Assembly: GCA_951406725.2 (NCBI GenBank)
Contig: OX597820.1
Span: forward strand, 78,244,001 to 78,308,000
DNA: 64,000 nucleotides
Direction: 5' to 3'
Origin: Octopus vulgaris
Taxonomy: Eukaryota
Under the pieces are notes generated by a model, which worked only from the letters and a program-made list of their open reading frames with translations, was not told where the DNA came from and did no database searches. Below, one piece after another: positions 14,216 through 26,530 of this stretch; the first letter of the stretch is position 1; the number at the start of each line of letters is the position of its first letter. A program made the translations under genes and the position numbers.

Positions 14216-16461
14216 ACCTCTTACTACTCCTCCTTCTCTTCCTCCTCCACCCAATGTCATCTTCGTGCTTTTGTTCTGAAGACCGTAATTTGTTTCCTTG
14301 TTTTTCTAATTATTTTTAATCAACCACACACGCATTTTCCTATTATCACTTTTCCGTTTTCACATTTTTCAACGAAATGAAGTTACTTGAAAGCAACTTC
14401 TCAATATAAAAATATTTGCTTTCAATTATTTATGATTTAACAGTTCTTTTTCCATAATAAACTTGTTATATAATCTCTACAGTAGAAATTGACATGTTTT
14501 CTTAATAATGATAGCTTCATTGTATTTCCTTCCAATATTTCCTACACTTTATAGGCTTTCGGTTTTAGAAACTGATTAACGACTTTACTTTTGAAAGCAA
14601 TTTTTATATATGAAAATATTCATTTAGCGAAGCATAGCTGTTAAATTTTGTGGATATTAAGATATAAAATTTTAATGCTATATTCGTTAAAATTTTATGT
14701 CTTCTAATAAATCTGCACATTATTAGAGTTAAGTTTTAAATATGTATCTATTATTTTTACAGATTCACCTAAAACGAATGAATAACGGTTACGTGAGGCG
14801 TGTCTAGATTTACTATTTTAAATTTTTATGTATAGCATCATAAAATGTTATAAAATCTGATAGATCATTGCTCATACATCTCTTACATTTAATCCTAACA
14901 TTTCAAATAGGGAGTACTTTGAATTAATTACTTCAAATGTAAATTATTTTGAAAGTTTTCGTTTTATTACAACGATTACTTCAACTTTTCTCCAGTGGAT
15001 AAAGAAGAAATTTTGTTGCTGATTTCAAAATGGTTTCGGTTTTTCAGCAATGCTTATAACATTTAACTTTAGAAAGTTTTAATATTTTACATAATTATAG
15101 TTGAAACATTATATATTTTTCTTAATATTTATCCAGTTCATTGGCATTTAATCATTTAACTAGAGTGCCTCCTATCCGTTCTGCTATGTTTGTGGCACTT
15201 TTACAACTAAAACACAACAAACTCTTACAGCGAATGTTATAAAAATATACCAGATAAAACTGGATTATCCCTTTGATGATCTTGACAACATGCATTAACT
15301 GTCATCTAAAATTTTCATCGTTGTTCTAACCATCGTAGCCTTAAAAAATAATAGAAATATTTACAAGGTCCCACAATTTTCCTAATAAAAATTCAAAAGT
15401 AGCTAACATGTGGCTGAACTATAAATGAAATAATTCCGATGGAATTTGAATGACCTGTTAAAGGTTAATCATCATGCTTTATTCATCTCACCAACATCTA
15501 CCAATTACATTTGATTATACTAGCATTTCTATCAACAAAAGCAAGAAGATCTCTCTTGCCTTCATAGGCAAATAAAAAGCTTAAATAGAAAAAAAAACTG
15601 TTTCATGATGTTTGTTCCTCATTGATGTGTGGAATTCTCATTGAAATACAGCTGAGTTAAACTTCATTCTAAATATATCATTCATTCTGTTCGAGAAACT
15701 GATTTCTATATGCTATGTGTGCTTCTATTAACTATTGAAGTAAACATAATTCTTAAAACCACCAATTGGTACCCACTGACACGTAAGGTCTAGACTAGAA
15801 ATATGAACGAATTGTTCTCTAGGCATTCACATTTCCAAGTAACACGGTATCGTCGCCGTGATTATGAAGACAAATAATTGTGATAACATAATACCAAACT
15901 AAATTTGAAAGTTGATATGTTCTCGGTAAACGATAAAAATGAACGAATCACTGAATGGATAAAATCTTATTATCTGTCAGTCATTACATTGATGCGAAGA
16001 TAGATGAAGACAAATATATACTTAACACGAATAGATTTTATGTCAATCGAAAGAAAAAAACACGAACGAGAGGAGTATCAATTTACGTTATTTGATTCTC
16101 TCTGGAGGAAGGTCATAGTAACAAGGACGTGTCGAAATTAGGATTAGGTATATTTATTTTACTAAATTTCTTATTAACATACAGAATATATAGTTTTAAA
16201 TATCCTCGTATTCCTAAAAAGGAACAAAACTTTCAGATATAATTGTCTGGGAAGTAACTGCATTGAAGCCTAGACTATGTTTACTCCTATAACACTGAGC
16301 AACAAAAAAATAATTGCAATGCTATTTAAACTTTTTCAGCTGATTTAAGGTAATTTTAGGCGCCTGAATCCGAACCTGACATCGGTTTTCAGACAGCACG
16401 TGTAGTTTTTACTTAGTCACAGCATCATATTTTCCAACCAATTGATAATATTGACAAAGTA

Positions 16462-16602
16462 TTAGATTGTCCCAAAAGTTCGTAAACACTTGCCAAAATT
16501 GAATTTTTACTCGCCAAGTACTAACAAAAACAACAAAAATTATTCCTCAAAATAAAGACCATTATTTTCCAAGACTTTCTACGAACTTTTGGGACAACCT
16601 TA
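16462..16602. mobile_element. Mariner-type MITE (141 bp)
   Basis: TIRs ttagattgtcccaaaagttcgta / tacgaacttttgggacaacctta, with TA on both sides. Confidence 0.82.
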
Positions 16603-17626
16603 TAGTAGGCTATTTGCTTTCAATTTTCATTCATATACTCATCGTTAAAACAAAAATAAGTGATGATATAAGCAAATGTAAGCTACCTGTTAAATTGCCA
16701 CACAAGATGAGAATTTATTTTACTTTGTTATCGCTGTAATTATAGTAAAGTTCTCCTCACAGTAGGCTATGGATATTAGGCTATAGTAAGCCACTTAGAC
16801 TACCTTTTCTTGATAACTGCTAGTACTGTTAAAATAAAGTACATCAAATAAGAGAACCGGGTTATATGAAAAGTAGTTTAATAGTAAGATTAGTCATTTA
16901 TTAAAGTGATCCATGTTTGAAATTTAAAGATGGAAAAATTTGCTTCGTGATAGCCATAGTTTCGGTATATTCTATAATAATTTCAATGATGATTTTTGAG
17001 AAATACATTTTGATGTTTTACAGTAACATTTACTGTTGATTAATTTCATATTTTAGTTTATTTTGTGAATGACTTTTTGAAAGCTTATAAGCAACTTGGG
17101 GCATGAATGTCTAAAGATTCATTTTCTTCGCTCTCATCTTGATTTTTTTTCCATCCAATATGAGTGATATAAGCGATGAGCATGTTCAACGATTTCATCA
17201 CGAAATCAAAGTGCCAGAAAGCCGCTACAATGGCAGACTTACACTAAACATGCTAACGGGCTACTGTTCGTTTTTAAAGCGAGGCACGAACACGCAGCAT
17301 AAGAGTAAAAGAAGACTCCAAAGCTATTTTGAAAAACATAAAATCAATATCTACTTTGCACTTTTTTTTGTGTTTTATTGGTTTTAGAGCTATTTTTCCA
17401 CCTAGTTGCTGTTGTTCTTATACTAAATAACAGTAAATTACACTTAACATAACACTTACTTTATTTGTCATGAATTTTCGCATTATTGTAATTTTCATAG
17501 CAGTATAATAATGATAGCGCAAAAACGTGACCTGCTAGAGCAAAAGTGATTGCAGATTCGGAATCAGTGTTTCCAAATTACCTATGAGCAACATTTCGTC
17601 TAATAGTAGTAAAGCTTTTGTTACCT

Positions 17627-17787
17627 AGGCGCAGGAGCGGCTCTGTGGTTAGTAGCTTGCTTACCAACCACATGATTCTGGGTTTAGTCCCACTGCGTGG
17701 CACCTTGGGCAAGTGTCTTCTACTATAGCCTCGTGCCGACCAAAACCTTGTGAGTGGATTTGGTAGACGGAAACTGAAAGAAGCCCG

Positions 17788-17822
<35 letters not shown>

Positions 17823-17937
17823 CACGTGATCACGTGACCGACCAGGCTATCAGATGTTACTACACATCGCTGGTCACAATGCGCTTCGCATTGTTTTAGC
17901 CTTCAAATGGCGCCACCCCGCTAGCTAATTGAGCAGG

Positions 17938-17984
<47 letters not shown>

Positions 17985-18298
17985 ATTTTTGATTTTTCCA
18001 GTTTCAGCTCATGAGTTGTGGCCATGTTGGGGCACCGCCATATATATATATATATATATATACATATATGTTTGTGTGTGTGTATCAGTGTTTGTCCCCA
18101 CCTAACATCGCTTCATAACAGATGCTGGTGTGTTTAGGTCCCCGTAACTTAGCGGTTCGGCAAAAGAGACCGAAAGAATAAGTACTAGGCTTACAAAGAA
18201 TAAGTCCTGGGGTTGATTTGATTGACTAAAGGCGGTGCTCTAGCATGGCCGCAGTTAAATCACTGAAACGAATGAAAGAGTAAAAGAGTAAAAGAGTA
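17627..18298 (+). mobile_element. SINE family A with two insertions in its internal (TA)n
   Basis: Head at 17627, tail gagtaaaagagtaaaagagta at ~18298, inserts at 17818-17940 and 17980-18039. Confidence 0.9.
17980..18039 (-). mobile_element. Extreme 3' end of a CR1/L2-type LINE
   Basis: Minus strand ggcggtgccccaacatggccacaactcatgagctgaaactgg(AAAAATC)n resembles the 3' UTR at 19341-19400. Confidence 0.6.
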
Positions 18299-18465
18299 GT
18301 GTAATTGGCCGTGATTTGGCCATCGATGGAGCAATTTGAAAATAGAATGTCTTGCTCAAAAATACAACACAGCCTGGTCCGACAATCGAACTAACTACCT
18401 CAAGAATGTGAGCCCGATGCTTTAATCACTGAGGTATGTGCCTCCCCACCCCACACACAAATACG

Positions 18466-18496
<31 letters not shown>

Positions 18497-18521
18497 GCAC
18501 ACACATACACTCGCACACATA

Positions 18522-19290
18522 TAAAGGATAAATTGTCGCCATCTTATATCTTTGATTTCGCGCATGCGCATTGTTTGTTTTTGATTTTGTCAACTATACA
18601 GTATAGTATCTACTATACAGTATAGTAGGGTAAGTTGGGCACCGTCTGTAAGGAAAACATCACCATGACGCAATTCAGTCTTCCAGAAATTTGGAAACGA
18701 TTTTCTGTACTGCTTGGCATTCACGCAGGAAGCTCCAATACAAACATTTCAGAATGTTTGGGTGTCAATCTGAGAACATGCACCGAAAGTGATAAAAATC
18801 AAACATCCAGTCAACATCATGGTGTTTAGAGTGGTCACTAGTGGTGGTGACCATATGCCTACATTAATCTTCCTCTACGGCCTCAGACTCAACACAGAGG
18901 CCGACATCAAGTGCCTATACAACACAAGCAGGAGAACCACATCACCTCTAACATCTTTTCACCTAACTCCCCAGACTGCAACCCCTTGATTACTATGTGT
19001 GATGCGCAGTTGAGCGAGAGACCAACAAAACTCCTTGTAACACCAAAGATGAACTGAAGGCAAGGATTATACCAACATTCACCAACTTGGACAAGGAGAC
19101 TGTCGAAAAGAGTTGCAGGAGAACCCGAAGTCGTCTGGAGCTTGTGGGTGAAGCCAATAGCGATTTTCTTGAATAAATTTACTCCTTATTATTTCAAGAT
19201 ATTTTCATGTATTTTGGTAAATATATCTGTACAAATGTGAAGTCAGTGTTATATTCAGTTTTGCTTAATTTAAACGACAGTTTATTCACC

Positions 19291-19291
<1 letters not shown>
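18522..19291 (+). mobile_element. Internally deleted maT (DD37D-type) Tc1/mariner element
   Basis: Peptides KHPVNIMVF.VVTSGG..MP..IF and PNSPDCNPLDYYV..AVERETNK..TKDELKARI. TIR remnants gataaattgtcg / cgacagtttattcaccg|TA. Confidence 0.78.
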
Positions 19292-19321
<30 letters not shown>

Positions 19322-19324
<3 letters not shown>

Positions 19325-19640
19325 TTAATTTTAATTTTTAAAATGTTTCAGCTGCAAAGCTGCGGTCCTGCTCGAGCACTACCATTGAGTGAGCTACACC
19401 ATTATTTGGAACCTTTTCTAATATGTGGCATTTGGTCAATGAGGGAGTTTGATGCTGCTGCCCTCATCTGTGTTTCCTGCCGTGAGGTAGGCTCGTCGGG
19501 AACCCGTAACAGAAAGAGATCCAGTTTTATTTTAAAGACATTTACGTCCACACCATGCATGTCTCTCAGGCATTTTGGAAGGATATCAAAGATATGTGGG
19601 CCCTTGAAACCTTGTTCATTCCGATTACGAATGTTTAATA
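19322..19640 (-). mobile_element. CR1/L2-group LINE 3' end (RT C-terminus and 3' UTR)
   Basis: 'GFKGPHIFDILPKCLRDMHGVDVNVFKIKLDLFLLRVPDEP..AAASNSLIDQ', then a stem-loop UTR and an AT-rich tail. Confidence 0.82.
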
Positions 19641-19870
19641 ATTGAATGCTGTGAGTTAAAACCACAATTTTTTTTTCCTTCTTTTCAACATTTGTCTATT
19701 TATCAGCGAAGTCTGATATGAAATAATCTTTTGTTTTACTGCCATGTGACTTTTAGCCAATACTGTATATAGTCGTAGATCATGTTTGTCTACGTTGTAG
19801 ACAGGAGAGTAACGTACATATCTTTACAGCCCATACATTTGCTCAAACATATGTGCACACATAGACATAT

Positions 19871-20008
<138 letters not shown>

Positions 20009-20419
20009 ATGTGTGAGAACTCTAGTTTTCTCATTTGTTAATATAATTTCGGCCGCACAATTATACCAGACACCATCTGTCCCCCTGACATTCGAAGTGT
20101 GTTTGCTCATACAAAATTTGGCGGTCATCTTTGCTTTTGTTTTCTCTCCAGGCGAAGACACTAATATATATAATACAAGCATTGCAATAGGGACTTCAAC
20201 TTCGTTAAGTTAGCACATTGAATCAAAGTTTAAATATTTGCAACTCATTAATATTTCCTCGGCTTATCACTCCATATTCAAACATTCCACCCAGATATAG
20301 AGTTTAGAAAGTGACTAGAATACTCACTACGATACTAGGAATTATCACCCCGAGTGTATTATAAAATAAAAACGGTTCCCAAGAGTATCCCAATCAAGAT
20401 ATATTATACAATTCTTCCT

Positions 20420-20824
20420 AAGTTTGGCACAAGGACAGTAATTTTAAGAGGGGTGGGTGAAGTCGATTAGATTGGTTCTTCATTTAGGAGCCTGAAATGG
20501 TGGAAGGTAAAAGTGACCTAGCTTCGACAAGATTTGAACGTAGAGCATCACGAACTGGAAATAAAGCCGGTAAGTATTTTGCCGACGTGCTAACAATACT
20601 CACAGCACGCCGCCTTAACATATATTAGTATCAAACTCTGACACCATGACAGCAATTTCTGGGGAAAGGCTAAGCCGATTACCACGTCCCCGGTCCACAA
20701 TTGGTACGTATTTTATCGACTGTGAAAGGATAAACAGCAACGTCGATCTCGGCGGAATTTGAACTCAGGACGTAGTGACAGACGACATACCGCTAAGCAT
20801 TTTGCCCGGTGTGCTAACGATTCT
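20420..20824 (-). mobile_element. Two older SINE family B copies
   Basis: ggaatttgaactc..gctaagcattttgcccgg..gctaacga heads and gtcgatta bodies. Confidence 0.7.
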
Positions 20825-21420
20825 TATTTCTTTATTACGCACAAGGGGCTAAACATGAGGGGATAAACAAGGACAAAGCGATTAAGTCGATTACATTGAC
20901 CACTGTGCGTAATTGGTACTTATTTAATCGACCCCGAAAGGTTGAAAGTCAAGGTGGACCTCGGCGGAATGTGAACTCAGAACGTAATGGCAGACTAAAT
21001 ACCTATTTCTCTACAACCCACAAGGGGCTAAACACAGAGGGGACAAACAGGGACAGACAAACGGATTCAGTCGATTACATCGACCCCAGTGCGTAACTGG
21101 TACTTAATTTATCGACCCCGAAAGGATGAAAGGCAAAGTCGACCTCGACGGAATTTAAATTTAGAACGTAGCGGCAGACTAAATGCCTATTTCTTTACTA
21201 CCCACAAGGGGCTAAACACAGAGGGGACAAACAAGGACAGACAAACGGATTAAGTCGATTACATCGACACCAGTGCGTTACTGGTACTTATTTAATCGAC
21301 CCCGAAAGGATGAAAGGCAAAGTCGACCTCGGCGGAATTTGAACTCAGAACGTAACGGCAGACTAAATTCTGCTAAGCATTTCGCCCGGTGCGCTAACGT
21401 TTCTGTCAGCTCACCGCCTT
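20825..21420 (-). mobile_element. SINE family B with one head and three tandem ~180-bp units
   Basis: Unit boundaries tatttct at 20825, 21004 and 21188. Head aaggcggtgagctgacagaaacgttagcg at 21420. Confidence 0.9.
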
Positions 21421-21827
21421 CGCCTTAGCATAATACTAAACAACGATAGGCTGAATTGTGTTTTCGACGTCTTATTTTGTTTAAACACACACTCCTCTAG
21501 TCAAATCCTCAACGTAAATACAATTGTTCATTATTGTGTAAAATATGACGAATTATAGATTTTAGTCTTCTCAGAATAAAACTATGACACTTTAAGTGTA
21601 GAAGGAGTAGTAGTATAATCATTGATTTTTCTGTTTTGGTAGAGCATGTAGCTTCGTTCTAAACAATTTCTCGTGATGATGGTCAACAAGCCGTTGGGAA
21701 AGAAGATGGAGCAGTGTAGTTAGGCGTCGGGGAAGTGGAGAGCTTTCAGCTACTCACTTATTCGTTCATTTTTACATCATTTTAAAAACATTTTCTTCAT
21801 TTATGATTTTATGAAAAGAAACTATAT

Positions 21828-21945
21828 GTGAAGGCGTGTGGCTTAGTTGATAAGGGATTACGCTCACAGCCGTTATATCGTGGGATCAATCCCGGATGTA
21901 GCGGCGTATTGTCTTCTTGAGCAAAACATTTCATTTCACGTTCTT
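21828..21945 (+). mobile_element. SINE family C head fragment
   Basis: gtgaaggcgtgtggcttagttg..gggatcaatcccgg..ttgagcaaaacatttcatttcacgtt. Confidence 0.7.
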
Positions 21946-22084
21946 CTACTGATGCATGGAGAGCATGCGTGCCTTGTCGCCTAAGATTTGTGCTCTGACC
22001 TTGTAAATCTCTCAACAACAACGAGTACCCAAACAGACCTGAGTGGTGTAAAGGTGTCATCCGCAAGGAGTAAGGAATCACCAA

Positions 22085-23515
22085 AAAATGGTCAAATCCC
22101 CCACCCTACCCCATACTACTGTTAATATCTGGTTGGCCCTTCTTTAGCATCAATTACCGCTTTTATACGGTTAGGCATTGAATCAGCTAGTTTCTTGCAG
22201 GTGTTAGGCACAGTTTTATTCCATTTTCTTCTCAACATTTGGTACAAATGCTCTTTATTTTTAATTGTTGTGTTCCTGATAGCATCACCAAGAGTTCCCT
22301 ATAGGTGTTCGATCGGATTTAGATCGGGACTTTGAACTGGCCAGTCCTCAGGAACAATACTCTGGGTCTCAAACCATTGACGATTATTCTTTGCTGTATG
22401 ACATGGAGTGTTGTCCCGTTGAACAATCACAATGTTTTTTGACACTCCAGGATGCAATTTAGCAATTGATGGCTCTAAAACATCCGGTAACATAGAAACA
22501 TACGAAGCTGAATTCATACTCCCTGACATAAAAACATTTCTTCGATTCCTGTGGCAGACATGCAGGATGACACCATGATAGAACCACCCCTATGCTTTAC
22601 GGTTCGTATCAGACTTTCAGCCTTAAATGTTTCCCCAACTCTGCGACGCACAAAAGTTGCCCCAGATGTACAGAAAACCTGGATAAAAAAAGGGAAAAAT
22701 AATATTAGCATTATGTTGGATATTTTTGTATATATTTTGGCCAACAAACCAATTGCATTAAGTTTATATATTGATTGAATACATGTACTATCTTATCTCA
22801 TTGTTACGTTCATCAGACCATATGACTTTCGACCATTGCTCACTGGTCCAATTTGAGTGATTTTGGGCCCACTGAAGACGCTTTTCCATATTCACTTTCG
22901 GACTGTACTCTACAAGCCTTCTTCTAATAGTTCTGGTTGATATTTGTGAATTACTTGTCTCGTTGAGGTCCGCACAGAACTCCGACGATGTTTTTCTCCT
23001 GTTTCTGAGCGGATGATGGATGATGGATCTGTCATGACGATGAGATGTAACCTTTTTTCTACCTGTTCTTTGTATTGTCTTCAGATCTTTTGTTTCTCCC
23101 AAGTGCTTGAGAGGCGTTTGCATAGCACATCGAGAAAATTTCTTTTTCTGAGCAATTTGCCTTTGAGACATTCCATCTTCGTGATGAGATACAATTTGAC
23201 CTCACTCACATACACTCAACTCCCTTGTTTTAGATATTTTAATGTTTATTAACGGAATCAACACCGTATTTTAGCATAAAACTCTGAAATACTCAAGGAA
23301 ACATAAGTAAGTTTCGACGTTGGTCTTACTCATAATTGGTTGCATATATACAGTACAGTATAAAAGCGGTAATTAATGTTAAAAGAGGGTCGACCAGATA
23401 TTAAAACTAATGTATATTGTGAAATATACCATAATCTACCATGTGCTCGAGTTTCATTAACATTGGGGTAGCAGAACTCCAAAATATTGGGGTGGCCTAA
23501 TACGTTTGGCCAAGG

Positions 23516-23518
<3 letters not shown>
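22085..23518 (-). mobile_element. Tc1-like DD34E transposon, intron-containing and decayed
   Basis: TGRKKVTS..DR, WSDE, VRRRVGE, TVKHRGGSIMV, DNTPCH..(34 aa)..SPDLNPIEHL, GPTRY*. The right end ..tttggccaaggcta abuts (TA)n. Confidence 0.88.
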
Positions 23519-23558
<40 letters not shown>

Positions 23559-23748
23559 CCACTTATATATGGTACCTATATATAGGTATCATATATATAT
23601 ATATATATATAGGTAACAGTTAGTAGAGTTTAATACTTCTAACGGATAACTGAATCCAAAAGTCACTTCTGGTTATTACCTGGGTAGGTACAGTTTTATG
23701 TAAAGTTGTACGGTAGCAGGTGGTCCTGTTGGTTTCTGCTATATACAT

Positions 23749-23752
<4 letters not shown>

Positions 23753-23844
<92 letters not shown>

Positions 23845-23981
23845 TATACATATATATACATATATATATATACATATATATATACATATATATATATACA
23901 TATATATATATGTATATATATATACACATATATATACATATATATATATGTACATATATATATACATATATATATATGTAC

Positions 23982-24013
<32 letters not shown>

Positions 24014-24035
24014 ATATATATATATACTGTAGGTA
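23753..24035. repeat. Interrupted (TA)n microsatellite
   Basis: Direct inspection. Confidence 0.92.
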
Positions 24036-25583
24036 TATAGATATATGTGCGTGTATGTATGTATTTGTGAATGTATGTACACATGTATGCATATATGTAT
24101 ACATGTATGTATGCATGCATGCATGCTTGCATGTATGTATGTGTAGACTAATCGATAATGTTGATGATCATACTGAGGACGACCTGAAGCTTGATGATAT
24201 GATGGTGTTGACGATGACCATGACGACGATGATAATGATGAAGGCGATGATGCTGAAGACAGCCACGGTGATGATCTCGATGAAGATGATGAAGGAAACG
24301 AGTTGGAGATGGATAATTTATCAATCATCAATTTAATGATCACAACATTAAATATTTTAACAGTAGCTTCACTGTTTGTCTCTGTGCAGATGTCATCTGT
24401 GAATAATTTATGATCTAAAGAATTGTAATTTTCCTGTACCTACATTTTTACTTTATTAACCTTCGATTTATTGGTTCTTTCCTCACTACATTGATATTTA
24501 CGGTCATGTTTATGTTTTGTTGTGGTCTAATAAAACGGAAAAATGTCTGCGGTTCCGTTTCTGTTAAAATAATTGTTAAAATAATAGTCAAAATAATACT
24601 AAACATTGAATAAATTGTCTGTTCCTCAGCGCATAACTATTTCTTAACGTTTTAATACAAAATGTTTTAAATACGTCTAACCTGAGTGGCACATTAATGC
24701 AGAAAGGTGATTGGCAGAAAATCTGCGTGATTCCGTGGTTTATGTAACCCCACTATCCCACTGTGTGTGCATGTATGTACCAGCATATCTCCGTAATTGT
24801 GTTGGTGTGTGTGTGAGAGCGTGGGATGTTTGTGGGGGTATTTATAAGTGCGTTAAACAAGGACCCACTACCAGGAAACTTTAAATGAAATATCCCCGTA
24901 GGTTCCCGACGCTCAATTTCCAATTGGCCGAACGACCTGCATTGAACTAGTGATCGGTTCGTTAGAAAGTATTTGCCAAGGACGCTATCGTTCACAAAAT
25001 TGTAATATAAAATTAAAAAGTAATAATAAATAAACTTTAAATAACTACAGATGACACTGTGTTGGCAATTTGCAGCTTTCCGAATTTTCCGTTCTAAAAA
25101 AAAATATGGAAAAAATTAAGAAATTAACAAAATTCATAGCAATATAAAAATGAATAGCATAATGAATTGACATCTCTTAATTAAACTTCAGAATAATTTA
25201 CTGGCTGTCAGAATAGTTATGGAGATTTCTATAAAAAGTATGTTCCATTTATTTTGCCAACTCGTCTCGCAAAAATGACCTTGGGAGTATGACAATCTAT
25301 AAGGAAAGGTTTCTTTTACAGAAAACTAGGTTATTTGTATATTCTATTCATCCTGATTTAAATATCTAAAGTACTTTATATATATGTATGTATACATATA
25401 TATATATGTGTGTGTGTGTATGTGTGTGTGTGTATGTGTGTGTGTGCGTGTGTGCGTGTGTTTGTGTGTGTATGCGTTAATGTGTATGTATGCATGAACA
25501 TATGTATATACATATGTAAATATGTATATGCATATATGTATGCATATAAATATGTATATATATATGTATATATATATATATAT

Positions 25584-25897
25584 AGGCGCAGGAGTGGCTG
25601 TGGTAAGTAGTTGCTAACCAATACGGTTGCGGGTTAGTCCACTGCGTGGCATCTTGGGCATAGTGTCTTCTGCTATAGCCCCGGGTCGACCAATGCCTTG
25701 TGAGTGGATTTGGTAGCCTGTCGTATATATGTATATATATGTATATGTATATGTGTGTGTGTTTGTGTGTCTGTGTTTGTCCCCTAGCATTGCTTGACAA
25801 CCGATATAGGTCCCCGTCACTTAGCGGTTCGGCAAAAAGAGACCGATAGAATAAGTATAAAATGTGGTGCTCCAGCATGGCCGCATCAAATGACTTA
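25584..25897 (+). mobile_element. SINE family A with internal deletions
   Basis: aggcgcaggagtggctgtggtaagtag.. through gtgctccagcatggccgcatcaaatgact. Confidence 0.85.
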
Positions 25898-25914
25898 GTA
25901 TATATATATATACT

Positions 25915-25951
<37 letters not shown>

Positions 25952-26054
25952 GTTATATATATATATATATATATATACATATATATACATATATATATAT
26001 ATATATACATATATACATATACATACATATATATATACACACACACACACACAT

Positions 26055-26112
<58 letters not shown>

Positions 26113-26530
26113 TACAGCTGTAATCAGAAGCAAGAACTCTATCAAGTAATGTGCTTGCTGCCTTTTTCAGTCAAATGTAATTTGGGTTGGGTTCAGACTT
26201 TCGACGGTTATATATATATAGAGGTTATATATCAATAGCATATATGTTTATTTACATGTTCTTATATATATCCATATATACATATACATACATATATGTA
26301 TTGTCACACACTGCACACACATACACACACACACACTGGATGTTCAGTTCAATTATATATATATATATGACATATATATAAGGAGCTAATCAGAAAAGAA
26401 CTCTATTCAATGACTAAATACTTTTCTATTTTTTCACATGTTTCTAGATTGTTCATTCCTTTGTAATATATGTTTTATTGTATTTTATTAAGAAAGATTT
26501 GTTTTTTCCATTCGAAAATGGTTACAGATA

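Larger units (their letters stand above)
16293..18301 (+). mobile_element. Chapaev3-like (CMC) DNA transposon relic with nested insertions
   Basis: Begins CACTGAGCAACAAA and ends TTTGTTACCTAG[SINE]TAGTG. TAA flanks both sides (16290-92, 18302-04). Subterminal IRs at ~16348-16410 / 17521-17583. Peptide SLKIHFLRSHLDFFPSNMSDISDEHVQRFHHEIK..RYNGR..ML..YC..LKR. Confidence 0.72.

Noticed and set aside
20040-20215. Possible exon after ttttgttttctctccAG (20150)
   Set aside because: No convincing donor site or recognisable peptide. The long ORFs here come from the adjacent (GT)n.
20825-21420. CRISPR-like regular repeats
   Set aside because: Units are ~180-bp near-identical SINE bodies with no unique spacers, in a eukaryotic context with no cas genes.
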